The notes below the pieces were generated by a model. The model was not told where the DNA came from. It did not search any database and saw nothing but the letters and a program-made list of their open reading frames with translations. From positions 5,276,157 through 5,340,156 of the forward strand of contig MU057352.1 in assembly GCA_013239625.1 (NCBI GenBank): DNA of 64,000 nt, in the 5' to 3' direction. The translations under genes were made by a program, and so were the position numbers. This document shows positions 36,451 to 48,560 of the stretch, in pieces (positions within the stretch are counted from its first letter, which is position 1; the number at the start of each line of letters is the position of its first letter). The stretch is from Lama guanicoe (lineage: Eukaryota).

Positions 36451-38585
36451 GGGGCTCCATTTTTAAAATTCTGAATTTCAGACATTTGCAAAACATCTAA
36501 GAGCTTATGTCCTGTAACAAAACGGAAATACATACTACATGTGTAAGAAAGGCTCACAGCCCATCCAAAGGGGAAAATAGTGGGTTTCCCTTCTAAAACC
36601 AAATTCCAGCCAGAAGAGCCGACCTCTGAAAGGCTAGGGAAAGAAAAAAAACAAGGATTGGAGAATTCTTGAAAAAATCTTCCCTCACTGCTTCATTAAA
36701 CTTGAATTTTGAAATAAACTTTTGTAAGAGAGTGTTACTATATTCTACAAATTTAGAGCTCTTAAGTTTGGTTTAAAACACTGGGTAAAGTCAACCTTCC
36801 CTACCAGCCCACAGTTTTGGTGGGGGAGGGGAGACGATGAAAACATAAAATGAATAATATTATAAGAGATAGACACATACACACAAAATATTGGGGAAAG
36901 GCTTCCTGCCCAAGGAATCACCAAGAGGTGACATTTGATTTGGAAGAGGAAGAAGTGGGGAGAATGTCACAGGCCAAGGAATGAGCATGTCTGGGGAGCA
37001 GGGCTCCAGTGCGTTGGGGTCAGAGAGATCACAGGGTAAAGGGCTTTGTGCTCCTCTTTCTCAAGAGAGGAAACAGATTGTCCTTGCTTTGGGAATCAGT
37101 AACACTGATGAACACCTCCACCTTGGACAGCTAACGACATTGGACTGTTACCAGGTGAGCATCTCTCCTGAGCAAAGCATGTGCTTGGGACCCATTGTTC
37201 TGCCAGAGGTCCAGGGATGGAGGTTGGTAAGTCAACAGCGTGGAAAGCCACGAGAAAGGGGAGAAATGTAGGGTGAGAAGAGAAAGAGCAGGACTGGAGC
37301 AGACCCACAGTGGGTGTGAGGAAGAGCTGGTCCCCCTAGAGGCACGAGCCAGGCCTGCTTCAACTGGCCTCAGGAGGATGGCGGCCCCTCGGGGCACTTG
37401 CTTCTCTGAACAACTCCCTCCTCCAGACCTCTCCTCTCCCATCTCCTCCCTAGTCTATGGGACTGCAGCTCTCCTCTCCCCATGCCATTCTTGAACTTTC
37501 CTTGGTGGAAGCTCTTCCTTGGCTTGATACTGATATGGTGGCCTCCATGTTTCACCCTGTAGCTACACTTCCCCCAGGAGACTCCATCCAAGCCTGTGGT
37601 TTCCATCTTGACTTCTGCCTTGGAAAGGAGAGTGCGTGAGAGGAGGGAGGGAGAGAAGAAGGCAGGAAGAAAGAAAGGAGAGAAAGAAGTTTCTGGAAAG
37701 CACTGCTACCTGAGATGCTGTTCCATTCATATCAGTCATATTTCACTGTAGTCAAACTTCATAGGCATTTGATTTTTGATTTCTAAAACCCAGTGAAATA
37801 TTGGCATCATAATAATATTTGTTAATCAGGGCTCAAAATATCTACAGCGTTTCATTTCTTAACCTGTGTTCCCTCAAAACCGAAAAGCGTACAAGAAAAC
37901 CCACACATTGATCGTGGCAGCGTCTTGGTCCACTTCTCTGGCCCTTGAAAACCGGCCCCCGTCTACCCAGGCAAGAGGAGCCCGTGCCCCGGGTGTCGTG
38001 CTCTGTGCCCCTTCTCACTGGTCGAGGGGTCCGCAGGGCCGAGGGGCCAAACCTGTTCCTAGTCCATGCCCCACCCTAGAGCCCAGAACTCCGAGCCCAG
38101 ATGGCCCCCAACCAAGCCCAGGGCCTGTGCAGGGCCTCTTTTCTGGGCTGCTCCTCTGGAAGCCACTGCGGGGCTCAGGCCTGAGGGCGGCCGAGAGGCG
38201 CTGTTTGGGTGGGGTGTGCAGCTGGGGCTGGGCCCTGCCTGGGTCCTGGGTGCCCGTCTGCCTCCTGAGAGACCCTCTGGGTGTGCTGTGGAGCAGGTGG
38301 GAGCAGGGGGTGCCAGGAGGGAGCCCTGCCCACACCCCGCATTCCAGGGCAGAACTCTAGGGAGGCTGAGTTACAAATCTGATTGTCACCCTCCAAGGCA
38401 TTGGGAAGTCATTTGTCAAGGTAGGTAGACAAACTGTATGCTAGTCAACATTTTGTGGGTTTAATAACGTGTAAACACTTGAATCCTGCAGTGCCGGAGG
38501 CCAGCCGGAAGCTAGGAGAGGAATGTCACTTCTGCAATACCTATGAGTAGACACATTTTAAGAGAAGGAATAAGGAGGAGGTACA

Positions 38586-38771
38586 TAGATAAACAGCAAG
38601 TTTCTACTGCATAGCACAGGGAACTATATTCAATGTCTTATAGTAACCCATAATGAAAAAGAATATGAAAATGCAGATATGTACGTATATGTATGACTGA
38701 ACTATTATGCTGTACACCAGAAACCGACACAACATTGTAAGCGGACTGTACTTCAATAAAAAATAAAGAAG
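38586..38771 (+). mobile_element. Short L1 3' fragment with a 13-bp TSD
   Basis: TSD aggaggaggtaca at 38573-38585 and 38772-38784; atagcacagggaactatattcaa. Confidence 0.95.
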
Positions 38772-39374
38772 AGGAGGAGGTACAAATTCAGCTTGTGTCA
38801 CAGAAGCACTTTCACGGCCCGTTGGAGGCATCGGGAGGAATTCTTGCAGGGCAGAACCATCAACTCATCCACACTGCTTCTGGCGCTTTCTTCCCGGCAG
38901 CCTTCCTCCTTGTATGCTCTCAGTAGTGTCAGAGGGAAAGAGGGCTGGCCTCACATCAGACTCAGAGAATTTCAAGGAAGTACAATTCCTTCCTAACTTA
39001 AAATAATCTGATAGAAATATTCTTTATTGGAAGATATTAAAATGCACATAAATATATTCTTCGATATGAACATTATATTTCATTGATACACAGTGTGGGT
39101 GTTTGGTTATAACAGTGAATGAAATCTGTTCTGGAAAATCTGGAAAGCTTTTCGTTTTGTGCTTCTGAGAAAGAGCTTCTGAGGCCACATTCGGGTTCTA
39201 AGTTTTCAGGTTCCCCTCACAAGTGACACTGGTTTAAACCATCACCTATCAGCTCAACTGGCTTCCAAAGCTTTCTCTCCTGCCTCAGCCTCTCTCCTGG
39301 GGGGATCCATGTATCCACCTGCCGAGTTAGCCCCTCCACCTAGCTCCCCACACTCAACATGGAGTGGTCCACAC

Positions 39375-39855
39375 GTGGCAGTATCCTGCGGCTGACCTAA
39401 CAAATTACAAACAAATTGTGGTGGGTTATAACGACAGAAATGTCATCTCTCACAGCTATGGAGGCCAGAACCCTCAAGTCAAGGTGTCAGTAAGGCCGTA
39501 CTCCCTCTGAAGTCTCTAGGAGAGAATCCCTTCTTGTCTCTTCCAGCTTCTGGGAGCCCCAGGCGTTCCTTGGCTTGTGGCTATAATGAATCCTATCTCA
39601 GCCTCCATCTTAACAGGGCCTTCTCCCCTTCCTTCTGTGTCTGTGTCTCAAATCTCACTCTGCCTTTCTCTTAGAAGAACACCTGTCATTGGACTTAAGG
39701 CCCACCCTAAATCCAGGAGAATCTCATCTCAAGATCCTAGACATAATTGCATCTGCAAAGACCCTTCTTCCAAATAAGGTTGCATTCACAGTTCCAGGGG
39801 TTAAAACTTGGACATATTATTTGTCCAAGTGGATGAACCACTATTCAACTCACTA
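39375..39855 (-). mobile_element. MLT1B/C LTR
   Basis: tctcacagctatggaggccaga; ctctaggagagaatccc; catctgcaaagacccttcttccaaataagg. Confidence 0.88.
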
Positions 39856-40339
39856 TGTAATACACTGCATTTCATCAAAACCAGTTCCTTCTGCCACCTC
39901 TGCCTGAGGGAGGAGTGGTACCCACGTTCCCAAAGAGGACATGGAAAGGCATCCTAGATCCATCCCCTCCTTTCCCCCCACATCCAGACCCTCACCAAGG
40001 GCTGTCAATCAATACCTCATAGCTCTGGAATCCATCCTCTCCCCTTTGGTTTCCACTGCCACCCTCACTGGCCTTCTTTCTGTTTTTCAAACTCCCACCT
40101 CAGGGACTTTCCTTGAACTCTGGCCTTTCTGGAAGGCTCTGTCCCTCAAGCTTGACAAGCAGATTCACTCTTCACAGAGCTTTGAGCTCAAGTATCACCA
40201 CTTCTAAGAGGGCTTCCCCTCCCGATCTGCCTCAACTAGCCTCCCAGTGACTCCATCCCATCACTTGGCTTTATTCTTCCCAAATGCCCTTGAACCATGT
40301 TGTTTATTTGTAGATTTGTTCTTTTCTGTTTCTCTCACT

Positions 40340-40366
40340 ACACACACACACACACACACACACACA
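40340..40366. repeat. (CA)13 microsatellite within an L2 remnant
   Basis: Direct reading. Confidence 0.95.
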
Positions 40367-41174
40367 GGATAAGCTTCACGAGGCCAGAAAGTCTAACCTA
40401 TTTGTTCACTTCTGCATCCCAAATTTATTTGGGAATCTTTTCCTTCCATAACTTCCTCCAAAACAAAACAACATAAAAACAGCCCATTCATATCTCAAAG
40501 GACATGCGTAATCTTTGGGACACATTCTGGGAACCTCTGTGCTGAGACTCAAGAGGAGAATATTCGTGAGCTGGCCTAACGGGCAGGGGTCAGCTAAGGA
40601 CAGATGAGCTGTTAGTGAGCAGAATTAACACAATTTCCTGTTTTTGTTTTGTTTTATCCAGCAATATTAACTGACCTAGAGCAAAAGCCCCTAGAAATAC
40701 AGCCAGCTGCCAAGAAGGTGGAAGGCAACAGGGACAAGGGACTTGGGTGTTAGTGACACGGTGTTGAAACTGCTGGCCTGGGAAGCGGCTGAGACCTTCT
40801 GACCCAGGCTCTCTTTTCACTCACCATCTTCTCCAGAGGACAGTGCCAAGGCCTCTGGGGGCGTGGGGAAGGGGGGGGTGATTCTGTGTGAGGCGTCACA
40901 AAGGAGGGGACCGTTGAGTTGAGTCTTAGAGAATAAACTCAAGTTTACTTGGTAGGTAAGAAGGGAAAAGACATTCCAGGCAAACAAAATAAAGGTGTGA
41001 AGGTGTGGAGGGGTAAAAGGAGGAGGCAGCTTCCAGAACTGTTGAGAAATTCAGTGGCAGGAACACAGAAAAGCGGACAGGGGGTCACAGGGTGCAAACT
41101 ACAGAGGGCACTTTCGAACGTGGTGGGGAAAAGGAAACTTGTTTTATGTATTCATTTTTGATGCTTCAAAAGAG

Positions 41175-41620
41175 TTTATTATTATTTTCTGGATAACCTT
41201 TCTTTTGTGGTTTGTATTTCCTCTTTAACTCCAGTTGTCGAAGATACATTTTTAAAATGTATTTCCAGGTTGGAGTGACTTTTTGTCTTCTGGTGGTTAT
41301 TAAATTCTAGTTTAATTGTCTTACAATCAGAAGATTGTTTGTACTCTGCTTTTTGGAATCTATTAAGGTTTTTTTTGTTCCCTAAAATATGGTCAATTTT
41401 GGTGAATTTTCCACAGGCTCTTGTATTATCTATCTTTAGAGAAAACAAAACCCCGTATAAATTAGTTCTACCTTATTGTTCATGGTATTTAGTTCTTTTA
41501 CGTGCTGTGTGTGCGTGTGTATCTGTCTATTTATTTTCTGAGAATCTTGAATTAAAATCTTCTGTCTCCAGTGAGTTTCTGACTACTTCTCTTTGTAGTT
41601 CCTGTAGCTTTTTCTGGTGA
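41175..41620 (-). mobile_element. Ancient L1M fragment, ORF2 endonuclease C-terminal region
   Basis: ORF 41182-41448 gives GKFTKIDHILGNKKNLNRFQK...SDCKTIKLEFN, matching the L1 endonuclease motif xIDHILG...SDHxxIKLE. Confidence 0.85.
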
Positions 41621-43849
41621 CGCTCTTAATCTTGAGAATATTGTGATCACATTTGTAATTTAGAAAAGAAAACTAGGGCAGCAATGTGGAGGAGGGTCTG
41701 GGGTGAAGACTGGCGGTTACAGACTAGGAGTGGGGCCGAGGTCATGGAGAAAGAGGGCGCGACCTTTTAGCACAGAGAATCACCTGAACGCGTGGGCGGG
41801 CCGGAGGAGGAGCCAGGAGGACCCAGGATTGCTGCTTGATGATGACGTTGCTGCTACTGCCGGGGTGTGGAGGGGGAACACCATGAGCACTTGTCCTCAC
41901 ATTGTATTGTAACGAGCTGTTGCTTGTTTGACTTATTTCTATCTCCCCAGTAAGGGCAGGACCACGTCTGCTCACTGTCCATTGTCTCCTCTGAGCCCGG
42001 CACAGTGGTTCCTGGCATACAAAACGGGCTGCAGGAAAGAATTTAATAAATGAACGAAACATTGTCACTGAGGTGGCTGCGGGGCCACCGGGGAGGTGTC
42101 CCGTGGGTGGTTGGGAAGGCAGGTCAGAGAGGGGTCAGGGCAGTGAGTCCTGGGTGAGAGAGTGTGCTCGCTGAAATGGTGGCTGCGAGTGGGGAGATGA
42201 CAAGAGATAGGGGTCGAGGTGGAACTGTGAGGGGGGTCACGGGAGACTGCCCTTTTTGTTAAGGACTCAAGTCTGCCCTGAGCCATGGCAGCGGGAATTA
42301 AGAGATCGGGCAATCTCTGTCTCTAATTTTATCAGAGGATTTTGGTTGTTCATTCAAAGATTCGACCCCACCTCTGCCTGGGGTCTATTCTACCTACTTC
42401 ATCAGCTGTTCCCCCTTCTCCATCAGCCCTTCTCCAGGTTATTTGTTCTCTCCCTGTATTCTTCTGTCTCCTCTTGGATGCCTCATGCTCCCGTTCAGAA
42501 GTCAGAAGGTCTGGGCTGTCCCCTGGCCCCTCACTGACCACCTGCGGGGTTGTGAAGCAGTTCTCACCTCTCTGTGTCTCCGATCCATCACCTGCAGCAT
42601 GAAGTAAGACCTGCCTCCCCCTGTCATGCTGCCTTTACACAAGCCTCTATTTTTCAAGAAATAAACTCTTGTTTAATAGCAGTAAAGACATTCACCATCA
42701 TAATCCAAAATTCTGTGGCGATGCATGTGACACAGCTTCTAAATGCTGTCAACTACTCAGAATGACTTAGGTGGGGGTGAGCTCTTATAGGACAGAGTGG
42801 GCGTGGCCTCAGAAGGATGCCTCCAGTGCAGGGAGCAGGCGCTAACTCCCCCTGCATTCCCAGCCCTCCACCAGGACCATCATGGAATTTGACAACTATT
42901 TGTTGAATAAATGAAAGACGGCCGTTCTCTACCTCATTAATATTCATTAAATTATAAAGTGTAAGAGCTGAAAAGAATTCTCACCAAGATAGTCTTTCCA
43001 TGGGTCGGGAGTGAAGGCAGCATCCTCACTCAGTCTTGCCACTCAAAGGGCTATGCGGCCTGAAGTCCAGAGGGGGTGTCTCAGAAGGGCATCTTTCTCT
43101 GGTCAAGGAGGGGAGCCCAGAATCCAGAAATGAACTTGTGGGTTTTCAGGAAGGACCCTTCCTAGGAGAAGCCTTCCAGAAACCACACTGTCGGGATTAA
43201 GGAACCTCTCCCCCTTGAGGTATGTGGATGCAGCTGGAGAATGTCACTGGTGAAAAGCAACTGCAAATTTGGGAGTTGTGGCATGTTATGAAAATCATTT
43301 AAAATGAAGAAGGGGCTGCCTTCATGGCTGTTGAGCGCATTTATGGATCAGCTGGGGGAGGTGGAAAGAACAAGTTTGGGGGTGAAAACACCCAAGCACC
43401 AGGAAAGCACTCCAGGGAGCAAAGCTTCCTCGCTGTGGTCTGGACTCCTTTGTGGGCATCAGTTTGCTGTGAACCTTCTGACACGTGTGTAGAAATCATG
43501 CATGTGTGCATGATGTGTGTGCATTTGGGGTGGGGTTGAGGTTGAAGAGTCTATGGCCAAGGAGAGATCTGGGCATGACTGACCAAGTTCTGCTGCAGCT
43601 GAACAAGTCTGCACGATGATGCCATCCCCTTTATCAGTCCTGTGCCAGGAAACCCACCTTCTTGGGACAATGTTTTCCACCACTTGTTAAGTCTGCTCCT
43701 TTATGTCTCCAAGGCTCTTTCCTATTTGCCTGAACTTGACTCCTTTCTGGCTCCCCAGGGACCTCGATCCATCAGCAGTCTCCTTGATTGCCTGTCACTT
43801 TCTCTACCCATTGGCTTCCTCCCTTTTGGGTCTGACACGATCTGATCCC

Positions 43850-44620
43850 TTCCCTATCCAGTGGGGCTGGGAGCGCGTGTCCTTCTCTCCTGCTCTCTGT
43901 AGCTGCCCCTCTGTCTCTCTCTCCCCTTCCCAGCCAAGCTTCTGGAAAGAATTGTGCACATTTGTTATCCCTACTTGTCTCTTATTCAGACTTCAGCTTG
44001 ATCCAATCTGTTTTCCATCTTTTTCCTCAGAAACCTCTCTCCAAGGTCATCAGTTTGCCAAATCCAATTTCAACAGCCCACTTTCCAAACTCACCTTACT
44101 TGTCCTTTCTGCGGTATTTCACATCTGCATTTCCTCCTCCCTCATGTTTTCTCCTCCTTGACCCTCTACGGAGGGTGAATATATAATTTATCTTCTAAAC
44201 TGGGCCACTATTTAAAGTGAAAGGGGGCACTCATTAATTATTGCGCCAGGCTGTCCTCAACTGAGGCTCCCCCCAGGCAAACTCAGACCCGTGGTCTCCC
44301 TTCCTCCAAAACCTCCGTCTCTATTCTCTGGCTGCTTGTTCTCAGGCTCTTTCACGGGATCCTTTCCTTCCATCCTCTCTTTAAATGTGCCCCGAGCCCC
44401 CTCCGTTCTCAAGCTACACCATCTCCCTGGATGATGTTATCTACCCGCCACTCAGTCCTTGTCTGTCCACAGCGTCTTGATTTCTACCTTCCACATACAC
44501 ACCCAGCGGCTGACCAGAAGTCTCCCTACCTCCCTACCTGGATGTCCTAGAGGCAACTCCACATCTACCTCTAAAACCAAACTCGTTCCCTTGAACCCCA
44601 AACATGTTCTCTTCCTGTGG
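43850..44620 (+). mobile_element. L2 internal/3' fragment
   Basis: ctctctccaaggtcatcag; ccttacttgtcctttctgcggtatttcaca; cctggatgtcctagaggcaactc. Confidence 0.75.
44172..44301. mobile_element. MER94 hAT-Blackjack MITE nested in L2
   Basis: agggtgaatatataatttatc...aagtgaaagggggcac...gtggtctccct. Confidence 0.75.
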
Positions 44621-44634
44621 TAGAGGAGGATTAT

Positions 44635-45120
44635 AGAGGAAGTGGTGGTTAAGAACATGGCTTCTGGAGTTAAGACTGCCTGGGTCCAACGTCACAGCCT
44701 AACCTTGCATATTAGGGTAGCTATTTAACATCTCCAAGCATCTGCTTCCTCACCTGTAAAATGGAGATAAAAGCACCTGCCTCGTGGGTTGGTTGTGAGG
44801 ATTAAATGAGACGATCATGGCACAGGCAGCTATTCAGAGGGCACCGTACGAGCCAGGCACTTCTGCATGGCTTGCATGTAATATTTCATTTCATTCTCAG
44901 GACAGCCTAGTGAGGAAAGGTGCCATTATTATGCTATTTTATGGATGAGGAAACTGAGGCCCAGAAAGGTTAAGTAACTTTCTTTGTGGCAGTGGCTGAA
45001 CTGAGGTTCAAACTCAGCAATTCTGGCTCTAAAGACATTTTCTTGAGCACCTTGGTGTTCTGCGTGTGCCGAGGGCTTAGAATAGTATTTAGCAAATAAA
45101 AAGTGCTCAGCAAATTATTT
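44635..45120. mobile_element. Plus-strand MIR interrupted by a minus-strand MIR (~44820-45060)
   Basis: cctgtaaaatggagataa (+); ggatgaggaaactgaggcccagaaaggttaagtaac (-); aagtgctcagcaaat tail. Confidence 0.75.
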
Positions 45121-45289
45121 CCACAATCCATCCAGTCCAGCAAACTTTCTGCCCAGGAGGAAGCCTATTTTCCTCATCCTTTCTCATTCTACATCTGTCA
45201 AGTCCTGCCAACTATACTTGAAAATGCTATGTGTTTTCCCAGAACTTACTTACTTATTATTCTATATTTCTAGTTCATTGTCCAAGGTA

Positions 45290-45690
45290 TCTTGATATTG
45301 AGAAGTCAACGACCAGGGTGCCAGATGTGAGTGGAAAGGCCCAGATCTCTGAGTGGTTTGAGGCTTTTCCTTCCAAACCTCCGCTCCGCTCGCTTCCTTA
45401 GAACCTTGCCGCATTGCCGTGAAAAGAAGCCCGGCCCTCCTGCTGGAGGGTAGGCGGCCACGTGGAGCAGAGGGCAGCCCTCGCAGCTGAGCCACCCCGA
45501 GCAACCAGCGCCCGGCCAAGCCAGCAGCTGGCCACAGGTCCGTGAGTGAACCTGGCCGAGACCAGAGGAACCACCCAGCTGAACCCAGACCAAATTGCCG
45601 ACCTGCAGAAAGGGAAGCTAAAGAAATGGTTGGTGTTTTCAATGACTAAATTTTGGAATGGTTTGTTACGCAGGAAAAGGGAACTGATCT
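45290..45690 (+). mobile_element. MLT1F/G-like LTR
   Basis: agaggaaccacccagctgaaccca; taaattttggaatggtttgttacgcag. Confidence 0.75.
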
Positions 45691-45699
45691 ACTTAGGTA

Positions 45700-46088
45700 T
45701 TGTGTTAGTCAGCACAGGCTGCTGTAACAAGTGGCCACCGGCTTGAATAACAGCAGTTTACTGTCTCACAGTTCTAGAAGCTAGAGGTCCAAGATCAAGG
45801 TGCCAGTAGAGTTGGTTTCTGGTGAGACCTCTCTTCCTGGCTAATAGATGGCAGCTCTTCGCTGTGTCCTCGTATGAACTTTTCTCTGTGTGAGCCCAGA
45901 AAGAGAGAGAATTTCTGGTGTCTCTTGTTCTTCATGTAAGGGCATCAGTTTTATCAGATTAGGGCCCCAAATGTTTAACCTCTTTTAATCTTAATTACCT
46001 CCTTTGAGTCCCTGTCTGCACACACTATAGCACTGGGGATGACAGCACCAACACATGAATTTGGGGGGACGAAATTCCGTCAGTAGCA
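45700..46088 (-). mobile_element. MLT1A0/MST-like LTR
   Basis: tctcacagttctagaagctagaggtccaagatcaaggtgccag; atgaatttggggggac. Confidence 0.88.
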
Positions 46089-46689
46089 CGGATCGACCAT
46101 CAAGTGGAAGTAGAAGCCACGGGTGTTGCTAAGATCATTTGAAAGGAGTGTGAGGGCAGAGGAGCCCCATAAGCCAAGGACAGACTCAGGGTCACCACAG
46201 CCCTCCTGGAGCCAACAGAGGATGAGGAGCCCTATGAGGAGACAGAGAGGGAAAGGCAGAGGGAGTCCAAGGAGAAGAAAGGGAGTGATAAGGAGGCACA
46301 GAAAACAAACCACCCACCATTTCACAAAGGAGGAAATGATTAACAAAGTCAAGTGCAGCAGGCAGAAGTCAGGGACTGAGAGGTGCCCCCTGGTATCGGC
46401 CAAGCCCTTGGTGACCCCGACAAACATCTGAACTATGGTAGAGCCAGAAGCCACGTCCCAGTGGACTGAGGAACAGAAGGGAGATAAAGAGAGAAGCGAG
46501 CTGATAAAGAATGCTTCTGAGAAGTTTGCATGAGGAGGGATGAGAGAAATCACGAACATAGAATCAAGAGGAGATTTTTAGAATTGGAAAGACTTGTGCA
46601 TTTTTATGGGCTAGGAGGAATGAGCTAGAAGCAGGCAGAGGTTCATAATGATGGAACAAGGCTTGGAGGAGGCAGAGGGGGAAGCGACA

Positions 46690-46900
46690 ATAATGACCTT
46701 TTGTTAGTATTTGCCTGAGCCAAGCTCTCTGTGTGGCCCATTCATTTAATCCTTTCATCAACTCTGAGGAAAAGGCAAATATTATCCCATTTCACTGATG
46801 AGGAAACTGAGGCACTGAGCAGATTAAGAAAACTGCCCAAGATCACACAGCCAGTAAGGGACATAATTGGGATTGGAGCCCTGGTGGCCTGACTCCATAG
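46690..46900 (-). mobile_element. MIR within an L2 remnant (~46100-47080)
   Basis: attatcccatttcactgatgaggaaactgaggcac...gcccaagatcacacagc. Confidence 0.8.
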
Positions 46901-48054
46901 GCTGGGGGGATTTGACCTGGATTTTGGCCTGCTTCTAAAATTAACAGGAAAGCAGTGGGGATAGCGATAGCAGAATCAGTAGGGAGAAAGAATTTGACGA
47001 AGATCATGTGATCCCAGTGGCCTCAATTTTTTTCCAGTAATAGGAGACAAGGAGCTGAGTGTTGGGCCTGGGGTCAGCGGGGAGCACAGGGAGAGTGATG
47101 AGGGCCCAGAAAAGCGAGACAGCGAGACCCAGGACCACTGCATGTGCTGGCAGGTGGTGCCCAGCTGGGAGCCTGAGTCTGTAGCGATGCCAGTCCCGTG
47201 GTGGTGGCTTTTCCCAAGCAGTGCTCAGGAGCCAGGAGCAGGGAGGAGGGGGTACCCTGGCATCTGCTCTGGGCTGGCAGGCTTGCCAAGGGGATGCCGC
47301 CAAAGGAAAGGAGGAAGGGCCGTGGGTACTGGGGAGTCTGTCATTCCCAAACCATAGCTGCATTTGAAAGCACAGAAGGTCTGAGCCCCATCCCACAGCA
47401 ATCACACTTAATCTCTGAGCAGGGGCCTGGCCTGCTGTGTGTTCATGGTCCCCAGTGAGGATCTGATTCCGACTGAGCATAGAGTTCAAGCTGAGTCCGG
47501 GAGGGTAGGAAGCAAAAGAAGCTGATAGGATGTAGAAAGTAGAGAGAGGGCGTGAGGGGTGACAGGACAGGGCTCCGAGCCAGGGGAGAGTGGAGGCGTG
47601 AGCACTGGCAGGGGTGGAAGGGCACCGCAGAGGTCTGGCTGTCCTGCTGGGAGGGCTGGGAGAGGGTGAATGATGGGAGGTTTTCACACCCTCGTCCACA
47701 CCCATATTCCTGCAGCCAAAACCGAATGGAATTGTCTCAGAACTTTCCCTTTGTCCTTAGTATAGTGACCTCTGAGGGCTAAAATAGGGAGGCCCTCAGG
47801 AGCTGCCTGAATAGAATTTTCTTTTCACTTGACCAGCTCAGCCTAGAAGCCCCACAGAGGGGGCCCTCGGGTGGGCTGTCTGTAGGATCTGAAGTATCCT
47901 CCACGGCTGAGGGACTCTTCAGGGAAAGGAATTTGGGGGAATGGATGACCAAAAACGGGGGGAAAGTGTGTTAATTTTATCAAACCCAAGTTTATTGAGT
48001 TCCTAATAGGCGACAGGCACTATCCGAACAAGACAGGTAATGCGGTCTTGTGTG

Positions 48055-48335
48055 GCGCTTCCCAAAGCACATTCTCTGGGATGGTAACAGTGTCCCAAAA
48101 AAGGAATGAGGATCCCAGGTGTAAATAAGGTTGGGAAATTTTGGGTTAAAGAGAGTTAAACAGGTTTATTCACTGCAGGACTTTTCAGAGCCTTTAATCT
48201 GTCAATATGATCCGAGACATTCCACAAAGTAGAGCTGAATCTAGAATACTTTCCCAGCTTGCTTGACCACAGGTCTCTCTCATTCCTGGCAGAGCTATAG
48301 GAACAAATGATCCAGGGAACATGCTTTGAGAAGTG
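48055..48335. mobile_element. hAT-Charlie MITE (subfamily uncertain)
   Basis: cttcccaaagcacattc...gcaggacttttcagagcctttaat...gaacatgctttgagaag (inverted ends). Confidence 0.6.
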
Positions 48336-48339
48336 TAAC

Positions 48340-48560
48340 ATGGTGGCAGAGTTCAGCCTTGAAGTCACAAGACCTGGCTTCCAAAACAGACTCTGCCATG
48401 TGACCTTAGGCAAGTTGCTTAAGTGTGTTTTCATTGTGTCCATTTTCCCATCTGTAAAGTAGAGCTCAATCATAGTGTCTCCCTCGTGCAGTTGTCAGGA
48501 TTGACCATCTCCTGTGAAGCCCAGAGTGCAGTACCTGGCACCCAGAAACCACTCACGAAA
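48340..48560 (+). mobile_element. MIR SINE
   Basis: tgtgaccttaggcaagttgcttaa...tttcccatctgtaaa. Confidence 0.75.

Noticed and set aside
41182-41448. Endonuclease-like peptide as a domesticated gene
   Set aside because: Short L1 ORF2 relic with the catalytic SDH motif altered to SDC and no extended frame.
47004-47705. 233-aa minus-strand ORF
   Set aside because: It partly overlaps degraded L2 sequence and has the composition typical of spurious ORFs.
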